From the NCBI GenBank assembly GCA_964596545.1, contig CAZQUP010000005.1:12340-76339 (forward strand): DNA of 64,000 nt, written 5' to 3'. The translations under genes were made by a program, and so were the position numbers. How positions within the stretch are numbered: position 1 is the first letter of the stretch; every line of letters begins with the position of its first letter. Of the stretch, positions 58,301-64,000 are shown piece by piece. Under the pieces are notes generated by a model that was given only the letters and a program-made list of their open reading frames with translations, made no database searches and had not been told where the DNA came from. The DNA is from an uncultured Desulfatibacillum sp. (GTDB lineage Bacteria; Desulfobacterota; Desulfobacteria; Desulfobacterales; SpSt-501).

Positions 58301-58540
58301 CTCCAGGGACTCCGGCCGGGGGTGGCCGCCTTCTCGCTCGGCCACGGTCACTGGGCGCAAGGGGCTATCGCCTTCGAAATCGACGGCAAGACCTTCCGTC
58401 GGGACGAACGCCGATTCCGCGGCTTGCATGCCAACGCCGCCATGCGGGTCGACCCGGTGCTCGGCAACACGACCCTCGGGGACATGGTGGGGGGAAGCGC
58501 GGTGTTCTATCAGAGTCAGGTGAAGATCGTCCGCGCCTGA
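55328..58540 (+). CDS. Tat-exported bis-MGD molybdo/tungstopterin oxidoreductase catalytic subunit (Ttr/Psr/Arr clade), about 1070 aa
   Basis: RRDFLK Tat motif, FS0 motif C-x2-C-x3-C...C, and a candidate Mo-ligand Cys in HGHTTVCQGS. Start at ATG 55328. Confidence 0.85.
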   Translation: MPRKVQSPVNPDLEKAAGLNRRDFLKTSALLGGTMLLAGSTPPAWSRGDAAAEASGAYVHHRPENQILSACQQCNTNCGMKVKLVDGKVAKIDGNPYNPWCMTPQIAEETPLAQAATIEGSLCPKGQAGIQTLYDPYRIVQVLKRAGKRGENKWKTIPFDQAVQEIVNGGDLFGEGPVEGLKDIVVLRDPKIAKALADDAALVAAKKMSIEEFKEKHAENLHVLIDPNHPDLGPKNNQFCLNWGRLKNGRADLLRDFFARSCGSVNYHGHTTVCQGSLYFAGKAMSDQFVEGKFTGGSKFYWQADTGNAEFCIFVGANPFEANYGPPLRAQKVTEGTVDGRMKIAVIDPRCSKTAARAWKWLPVEPVNGVPAIAMAMIRWIIENRRFDAAYLANANKAAARADGEPTWSQAAWLVKIGDDGKPGKFLRASDLGRSTEKRTRKDGSTWEFDAFLVKSGDEMIAFDPNDEKHAVEGELLVDTEANGIRAKSVLQIIFEAAQAKSFEAWCETAGVRAVDVIDIVKEFVSHGKKAVADLHRGVSQHTSGFYNVAAWYTVNALIGNTGWQGGLCKATTWNHVGNRPGKPFDTTKRFAGNIRAWGVNIIRHSAVYDKSTLFQGFPAKRPWYPFSSDIYQEVIPSIGDQYPYPIKALLLYMGSPVYALPAGHTLIEILKDTRKLPLFIASDIVIGETTMYADYIFPDTTYLERWEFPGAHPSVAPKVFPIRQPAVAPLVETVKVFGEEMPMNLEALILALAEKLKLPGYGENALGAGLHLKREEDLYLRMVANVAWGDKEDGSERVPAADAEEMRIFLEARRHLPQTVFDPERWKKVVGEDLWPHVVWVLNRGGRFQSYVKAYKDGRLVNAYDKMIGLYFENLATTKHAMTGKPYHPYPDFVPGPSDCTGNLLRDREAGYDMTLITYKYITQTKTRTVGNYWLNAVYPENYVEISAADARRLSLKYGDRVRIVSATNEDGVWDLGNGTRLPIAGKVKVLQGLRPGVAAFSLGHGHWAQGAIAFEIDGKTFRRDERRFRGLHANAAMRVDPVLGNTTLGDMVGGSAVFYQSQVKIVRA

Positions 58541-58566
58541 ACCCGAAAAGCCACGGAGAACGAGCC

Positions 58567-59277
58567 ATGAAGCCTTTTGCGGAACTGCTTCGGCAATCCG
58601 CCGCCGCCCATGGGCACCTGTGCCCGGGGCAGGTGGTGGGCGTGCGCATGGCGATGCTCGGCTGCCGGCTGATCGGACTTGACGAGCCGACGCGCCGCGA
58701 GCAGATCAAGAAACTGATCGTCTTCGTGGAAATGGACCGTTGCACGGCCGACGCCGTCGCCCACGTGACCGGGGCGAAGCTCGGTCGCCGCAGCCTGAAG
58801 TTCGTCAACTACGGCATCATGGCCGCTTCCTTTCTCAACCTGGAGACCGGCAAGGCCGTGCGTGTGCTCTCCACCGAAGAGGCGCGCGATCTCGCCGCGG
58901 TTTACGCCCCGGAGATCTGCGGCCGGTCGCGGCAACAGCTCGTCGGGTACTGCCGCATGCCGGACAGTGTCCTCTTCCGGGTCCAGGAGGTGCGCATTCC
59001 CTTGAGGCCGGTCGATCTGCCCGGCCCGAGCCGCAGCAAGGTCGACTGCGACCGCTGCGGGCAGATCGTGCGCGACGGCCGCGAAGTCCGCCGCAAGGGG
59101 ATGACCCTCTGCCGCCCCTGCGCCGAGGGGGCTTACTTCACTCACGCACGCGAGATCTGTTGGCCGCAGATGAACTGGACTCCCGAAGAGCCGCCCGGCC
59201 TGGATGCGCCGCACGACCCGACGGAGGCCCGCTCGAGCGCGGAACAGCCGCCCGCCGAAGTGATTGTGCTGCGCTGA
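58567..59277 (+). CDS. FmdE-family protein with C-terminal zinc ribbon
   Basis: HGHLCPGQVVGVRM and VEMDRCTADAV motifs, plus CDRCG...CRPC. Confidence 0.75.
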   Translation: MKPFAELLRQSAAAHGHLCPGQVVGVRMAMLGCRLIGLDEPTRREQIKKLIVFVEMDRCTADAVAHVTGAKLGRRSLKFVNYGIMAASFLNLETGKAVRVLSTEEARDLAAVYAPEICGRSRQQLVGYCRMPDSVLFRVQEVRIPLRPVDLPGPSRSKVDCDRCGQIVRDGREVRRKGMTLCRPCAEGAYFTHAREICWPQMNWTPEEPPGLDAPHDPTEARSSAEQPPAEVIVLR

Positions 59278-59343
59278 AGGGCGGAGCTTGCCGCAAGAGG
59301 ACGTTCACCTTACCTTCTGCCTTGGATACATGGACGGGATGCG

Positions 59344-60375
59344 ATGATGAAGAAAATCCGCCTGCAGGACGCCGTGGGGACCCGGCTCGCCCACGACATC
59401 ACCGAAATCCGCCCCGGAGAGTTCAAGGGACCCGCCTTCCGCAAGGGCCATACCGTCTGCGCGGAGGATCTCTGCCGCCTCCAGAAACTGGGCAAGAACC
59501 ACCTTTACGTGCTCGAGGTGGGCGAAGACGAGATCCACGAAAACGAGGCCGCGGCCATGCTCGCCGCGGCCCTTGCCGGCCCGGGAACCGCGTGGGAAAA
59601 CGATCCGCGGGAGGGCAAGATCGCAATCCGCGCCGCCGGCGACGGGCTGCTCTACGTCAATGCGGCGGCGCTCGCCGCCTTCAACCTCGTCGAGGAGGTG
59701 ATGTGCGCGACCCTCCACACCCACAGCCTCGTAGCCGCCGGCAAAATCGTGGCCGCCACACGGGCGATCCCCCTCGTCATGAAGCGTGCGGCGATCGAAC
59801 GCGCCGCGGCGATCGCGCGCCAGGAGGGCGGGGTGGTCCAGGTCCGGCCGCTTCGGCGGGCGAAGGCGGGCGTGGTGATCACGGGAAGCGAAGTCTATCA
59901 CGGCCTGATTCAAGACCGCTTCGCCCCCATCCTCACGGAGAAGATCCAGGCCTTGGGGGGCGAGGCGGCCTCCGTGCGCTTTGCGCCCGACGACACCGGC
60001 CTCATCCGCCGGGCGATCACCGATCTGCTCGCCGAGGGCTGTGACCTGCTTTTGCTCTCCGGCGGCATGAGCGTCGACCCCGACGATGTGACGCGTCTGG
60101 CCATCCGCGAGGCCGGCGCCCAGGAAATCCACTACGGCGCCGCCGCCCTGCCGGGGGCCATGTTTCTCGTGGCCTGGATCGGCGACATCCCGCTCCTGGG
60201 GGTGCCCGCCTGCGGCCTGTATCACCGCATCACGGTCCTGGATCTCATCCTGCCGCGCATTCTCGCCGGCGAACGCATCGGGAAAAAGGAACTCGCCTTC
60301 CTCGGTCACGGGGGGCTGTGCCAGGACTGCAAGCCCTGCGTCTTCCCTCACTGCGCGTTCGGCAAGGGGGCCTGA
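59344..60375 (+). CDS. Molybdopterin-binding (MoCF-biosynthesis domain) protein
   Basis: VVITGSEV ... LLLLSGGMSVDPDD MoaB/MogA-like core with a Cys-rich C-terminus. Confidence 0.7.
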   Translation: MMKKIRLQDAVGTRLAHDITEIRPGEFKGPAFRKGHTVCAEDLCRLQKLGKNHLYVLEVGEDEIHENEAAAMLAAALAGPGTAWENDPREGKIAIRAAGDGLLYVNAAALAAFNLVEEVMCATLHTHSLVAAGKIVAATRAIPLVMKRAAIERAAAIARQEGGVVQVRPLRRAKAGVVITGSEVYHGLIQDRFAPILTEKIQALGGEAASVRFAPDDTGLIRRAITDLLAEGCDLLLLSGGMSVDPDDVTRLAIREAGAQEIHYGAAALPGAMFLVAWIGDIPLLGVPACGLYHRITVLDLILPRILAGERIGKKELAFLGHGGLCQDCKPCVFPHCAFGKGA

Positions 60376-60408
60376 TTCCTCGACCGTCCAGGAAGGAGCA
60401 AAATCCCG

Positions 60409-60963
60409 ATGACGCTTCCGCAAGGCCCCCCGATCCGCTTGGGGGCGTTGGATCCCCGATTCTCACGCGAGATCAAGAAACTGGCGGGCACCGATTTCCA
60501 CGCCTGCCTGCAGTGCCGCAGCTGCAGCGGGGGCTGCCCCTTCAGCGATCACATGGACTACATGCCGAACGGCGTCATGCGCCTCGTGCAGCTCGGCCTC
60601 AAGCAGGAGGCGCTCTCCTGCAACACGATCTGGATCTGTGTGGGCTGCCACACCTGCTCGATCCAGTGCCCCATGGCGATCGACATCCCCGGCGTCATGG
60701 ACGCCTTGCGGGAAAAGGCGCTTGCCGAAAACATCGAGGCGATCGAGCCCGACATTCTCGCTTTCCACCGTGAGGTGCTGAACTCGATCGCCCGGCACGG
60801 ACGCACCCACAAGCTGGAAATCATGTTGCGCTACAAGCTGAAAAAACGCGATCTCTTCAGCGACCTCGACGTGGGCCTGCGCATGCTCGCCAAGCGCAAA
60901 CTCGATCTCGCCCCCTCGCGCATCTCGGACCTCGAGGCGATCGAAAAGGTGTTTCGCTCATGA
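60409..60963 (+). CDS. Heterodisulfide reductase subunit C-like 4Fe-4S protein
   Basis: CLQCRSCSGGCP and CVGCHTCSIQCP motifs. Confidence 0.8.
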   Translation: MTLPQGPPIRLGALDPRFSREIKKLAGTDFHACLQCRSCSGGCPFSDHMDYMPNGVMRLVQLGLKQEALSCNTIWICVGCHTCSIQCPMAIDIPGVMDALREKALAENIEAIEPDILAFHREVLNSIARHGRTHKLEIMLRYKLKKRDLFSDLDVGLRMLAKRKLDLAPSRISDLEAIEKVFRS

Positions 60964-61823
60964 CCGCCGCTCACCGCTCCGCGCCGATCGAGGTCTCCTA
61001 TTTCCCGGGGTGTTCGCTCGCCACCACGGCGAAGGAGAACAACCAGTCGCTGATCGAATCCTGCGCCCGTCTGGGAATCCGGTTGATCGAAATTCCGGAC
61101 TGGAATTGCTGCGGCAGCTCTTCGGCCCACAGCGTAAGCCACCGTCTGGCCTTCGATCTCGCCTGCCGCAACCTCGCGCTCGCGTCCCCGGGGCGGCCGC
61201 TGATCACAGCCTGCCCGAGCTGCACCTTGCGGCTGAAGCATGCCCAGCACCTCCTGCGACACGACCCCGAAGCCCGCAGGCGCTACGAATCGCTCTGGGG
61301 GCGCCCCTACGACCCGGATCTGCACATCCGGCATTTCTTCGGTCTTCTGGTGGAGATCGACTGGCGCACCCGCATCGGAAACGGCGAAGTCGCCGCCCTC
61401 GACCTCACCTTCGCCCCCTATTACGGGTGCATGCTCAACCGGCCGGCGCCCCTGAGACCGAGTACGGACCACCATGGGATCATGGAGCGGGTACTCGGCG
61501 ACCTCGGGATGCGTTCCGTGCTGTGGGCTTCTTCGACCCAGTGCTGCGGGACGTTTCTCACCGTCGCCCGGCCGGATATCGTCACCCCCAAGGTAAACGC
61601 GATCCTGCAGAACGCGGCCGACAGCGGAGCCGAGTGCCTGGTCACCGCCTGCGCCATGTGCCACATGAATCTCGAGGTACGCTGCACGCTGAAAGCACCC
61701 ATCCCGATCTTTCACTTCTCGGAGCTGATCGCGCTGGCCTTCGGCTCCGCCCGGCGCGACTGGTTTTCGCGCCACCTCATCGACCCGCGGCCGCTGTTGC
61801 GGCGCAAGGGGCTCGCCGATTAA
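60960..61823 (+). CDS. Heterodisulfide reductase subunit B-like protein (two CCG domains)
   Basis: FPGCS...NCCGSS and YYGCM...CCGTF...CAMCHMN. ATGA overlap with the hdrC-like gene. Confidence 0.8.
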   Translation: MTAAHRSAPIEVSYFPGCSLATTAKENNQSLIESCARLGIRLIEIPDWNCCGSSSAHSVSHRLAFDLACRNLALASPGRPLITACPSCTLRLKHAQHLLRHDPEARRRYESLWGRPYDPDLHIRHFFGLLVEIDWRTRIGNGEVAALDLTFAPYYGCMLNRPAPLRPSTDHHGIMERVLGDLGMRSVLWASSTQCCGTFLTVARPDIVTPKVNAILQNAADSGAECLVTACAMCHMNLEVRCTLKAPIPIFHFSELIALAFGSARRDWFSRHLIDPRPLLRRKGLAD

Positions 61824-61891
61824 GAGCGCTTCGTCCCCCCGCCCTCTTGTCTGCGGCATTCGTCCAGCACCCGGCGGACGTCGGGCAGACA

Positions 61892-62071
61892 TCAACCCCC
61901 GCGGGGGTTTGCCGTCTCACAGCGGCAGGCCCCCAGGCGTTTGGCGGCGACAATCTCCTCAAGAATCCGCGAACGACCGTGTTTTCGAAAATCCGCCGCG
62001 ATCCCGCTCCGCGTGTACCCGAAGCAGAAGCAGATCGTCTCCTCTTCCGACGGCTTGTCTTCATCGATCAT
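61892..62071 (-). CDS. Small BFD-like (2Fe-2S)-binding-domain protein (59 aa)
   Basis: ICFCFGYT ... GACRCETANP cysteine pattern. Overlaps the moeA stop by 11 nt. Confidence 0.45.
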   Translation of the reverse strand: MIDEDKPSEEETICFCFGYTRSGIAADFRKHGRSRILEEIVAAKRLGACRCETANPRGG

Positions 62072-63293
62072 GAGAATCCGGCACCTCCAAGAGTACCGCC
62101 CACACGATTTCCCCTGCGGCGGCCCCCGCCCGTTCTTCCGGCAGCACGAGAAGCCCCTGTTTGTCGGCCAGCGAACGCAACACGCTCGCCCCACCATGGA
62201 GGGGAAAGGCCAAGGGCGTTTCCTCCCCGGCAGCGAGACGCACGGGAACAAAGCGCGTCCAGCCGCGCTCTCCGCCCACGGCCTCGACGAGCCGCACCCG
62301 GATGCGGGGAAACGCAGGCAGGCGATCGCCCCGCATCCGGAGCAGCGCCGGAAGGGCGAGCGCGAGGAAAGCCGTCTCGTTGGCCGAAGGACCGCCCGGC
62401 AGGAGAAAAAGCGGCTTGCCCCCGATCAGGCCGAAGCCGACCGGTTTTCCCGGGCTCATCCGCACGCGGTGATACACCCCTTCCATCCCCAGCTCGAGTG
62501 CGGCCCTCCAGGTCAGATCCCTTTCGCTCCCCCAGGCGCCGCCGCAGGTGATCAACGCGTCGCAGTGGGAAAGCGCCCGCTCCAGTGCGTCGGCGATCGC
62601 CGCGCGGCGGTCGGGGACGACTTCGCCCCGGGAGGGAAAGCCGAAGCGGGAAAGCCAGCCCGAGATCTGCACGAGGTTGCTGGCGTACAGTTTGCCTTCC
62701 GCAAGCGGCTCCCCGGGAAGCGCGAGCTCGTTTCCGGCGGCGAGGACGGCCACGCGGGGATTGCCCACGACCGGCACCCACGCGTGGCCGGAAGCGGCGA
62801 TCAGGCCGAGAAGCGCCGGTGACAGCCGCACGCCCGTGCCGGCGATCCGCTCTCCGGCACGGACATCGGCGCCGCGGGGCAGGACGTTCCGACCCGGCTC
62901 GGCGGTGTTGCGACACAGGACCGATCCGCCCTCGAGCACGGCATACTCCTCGGAGAGAACCGCATCGGCCCCTTCCGGTAGCGGGGCCCCCGTGGTGACC
63001 CGGTGCGCCTGGCCCCGTTGGATACGCCCGCCGTGTGGGTCCCCCGCCTCCGAACGGCCGGTCAGAGGCAATCGGACCGGTTTTTCCGGAGAGGCGTGTT
63101 GCAGATCCTCGGAGAAAACCGCATAGCCGTCCCGGCGCGAGGTCGCCTGGAGCGGGCAGTCCACGCGGGCACGAATTTCTCCGGCCAGGCTGCGGCCGAT
63201 CGCCGCGGCCAGGGGCCGTTCCTCCGCCGGCAGCGGGGACACCCGGGCGAGCGTCAGGGCGAGTGCTTCGCGAAACCCGATGGCCGTGTCCAT
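62061..63293 (-). CDS. moeA: Molybdopterin molybdotransferase
   Basis: SRRDGYAV, TGAPLPEGADAV, and CGGAWGSERDLT in the MoCF domain. ATG at 63293 (MDTAIGF). Confidence 0.85.
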   Translation of the reverse strand: MDTAIGFREALALTLARVSPLPAEERPLAAAIGRSLAGEIRARVDCPLQATSRRDGYAVFSEDLQHASPEKPVRLPLTGRSEAGDPHGGRIQRGQAHRVTTGAPLPEGADAVLSEEYAVLEGGSVLCRNTAEPGRNVLPRGADVRAGERIAGTGVRLSPALLGLIAASGHAWVPVVGNPRVAVLAAGNELALPGEPLAEGKLYASNLVQISGWLSRFGFPSRGEVVPDRRAAIADALERALSHCDALITCGGAWGSERDLTWRAALELGMEGVYHRVRMSPGKPVGFGLIGGKPLFLLPGGPSANETAFLALALPALLRMRGDRLPAFPRIRVRLVEAVGGERGWTRFVPVRLAAGEETPLAFPLHGGASVLRSLADKQGLLVLPEERAGAAAGEIVWAVLLEVPDSHDR

Positions 63294-63406
63294 GAAGACC
63301 CCTCTCGAGCAGGTTCGGGAGGCAGCCCGGTTGCAGATCCCGGTGAGGTTACGATAGGATCTTTCTATCACGGATTCCAATCTGCGCCCAAGGAGGAAAC
63401 CGAATC

Positions 63407-63823
63407 ATGTTCACCAGAATGCCCTGGCTTCGGCCGCTCGCCTTGCTCCTTGCCGCCTGGATGTTTCTTACGGCCCTTCCCGGGGGACCGGCCTTCGCCG
63501 CCCTCGTTCCCACCGCCGATCTTGCGCCGCCGGATCGATCGCCCGAGGCGGCGCGGGAAAAGATCATGGGGCTTCTCGCCCGCGAAGAAGTCGAGGCCCG
63601 TCTCCGGACGCAGGGGATCGACCCGGAAGAAGCCCGGGCCCGCGTCGCCGCCCTTTCCGATGCCGAGGCGCTGGAGATCGCCCGCCGGATCGATTCGCTG
63701 CCCGCCGGCGCGGGGGCCGTGGGGGTCCTGGTCACGGCGATCCTGATCATTTTCCTCGTTCTCCTGCTGACCGACCTTCTCGGCCTGACGGATGTCTTTC
63801 CTTTCGTACGCAAACACCGATAG
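63407..63823 (+). CDS. PA2779-family-like small exported/membrane protein
   Basis: Signal peptide, EVEARLRTQGIDPEEARARVAALSDAEA repeat, C-terminal TM helix plus TDLLGLTDVFPFVR tail. Family recalled from memory. Confidence 0.5.
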   Translation: MFTRMPWLRPLALLLAAWMFLTALPGGPAFAALVPTADLAPPDRSPEAAREKIMGLLAREEVEARLRTQGIDPEEARARVAALSDAEALEIARRIDSLPAGAGAVGVLVTAILIIFLVLLLTDLLGLTDVFPFVRKHR

Positions 63824-63847
63824 GTCGTTTGCCGCCCCCGGGGGCCG

Positions 63848-64000
63848 ATGAGCGCCGCCCCGCCGATCGAAAACGATTCCGCCTGGAAACGAACACTCGC
63901 CGTGATGGTGTTCTGCCAGGTAATCTCCTCGATCGGTTTTTCGAGCGTCTTTCCCTTTCTTCCCCTTTACGTCAGGTCTCTCGGGTCGGTCACCGGGACC
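63848..64000 (+). CDS. MFS transporter, 3' end cut by window edge
   Basis: N-terminus MSAAPPIENDSAWKRTLAVMVFCQVISSIGFSSVFPFLPLYV is typical of MFS TM1 and the loop. Confidence 0.55.
   Translation, partial: MSAAPPIENDSAWKRTLAVMVFCQVISSIGFSSVFPFLPLYVRSLGSVTGT

Noticed and set aside
61894-61912. The palindrome AACCCCCGCGGGGGTT as a bidirectional terminator between hdrB-like and the BFD-like gene.
   Set aside because: It lies inside the last codons of the small minus-strand ORF and leaves only a 4-bp stem once a loop is allowed. The U-tract on either strand is only about 3 nt. Too weak to call.

Overview
High-GC (about 65%) bacterial chromosomal window, densely coded, with many 4-nt start/stop overlaps and GGAGG-type ribosome-binding sites. 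The gene content suggests an anaerobic Gram-negative, possibly Desulfobacterota-like; that lineage guess is low confidence. I found no rRNA, tRNA, CRISPR array or transposase. About 69 protein genes can be supported. In window order they are:
(1) An HcnABC/opine-oxidase-like flavoenzyme trio and an EamA transporter.
(2) Two paralogous ChrB-N-domain proteins, each next to ion transporters, flanking a dynamin-like GTPase module.
(3) A Rieske/cytochrome b operon whose two extra subunits are EB_dh-domain haem proteins with a conserved C-x3-C-H motif.
(4) An arsenic island: AbrB-like gene plus arsM, arsN2, ArsP-like permease, HdrD-like Fe-S protein, arsR and acr3. No arsC is present.
(5) A membrane-lipid/transport run (patatin, BASS, cfa) preceded by a NifX-like gene and a 100-codon Rdx/SelW-like gene. 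That gene has an in-frame UGA at the CxxU position and is missing from the ORF track.
(6) A cluster of canonical sigma-54 promoters (radical SAM, Usp, TauE, Spy/ZraP-like genes) next to a ZraSR-like two-component pair and a PAS-type sigma-54 activator.
(7) An 11-kb minus-strand thiol/disulfide-redox gene run headed by a second CVC-type ArsR.
(8) A PhnD-like binding protein plus a membrane-anchored sigma-54 activator that is frameshifted. A sigma-54 promoter follows, driving a TtrBCA-ordered molybdoenzyme operon extended by FmdE, a MoCF-domain protein and HdrCB-like subunits.
(9) moeA, a PA2779-like gene and a truncated MFS gene.
Many long ORFs in the track are antisense artefacts of the high GC content. 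All functional calls come from motif and family recognition by eye; nothing was searched or folded computationally.
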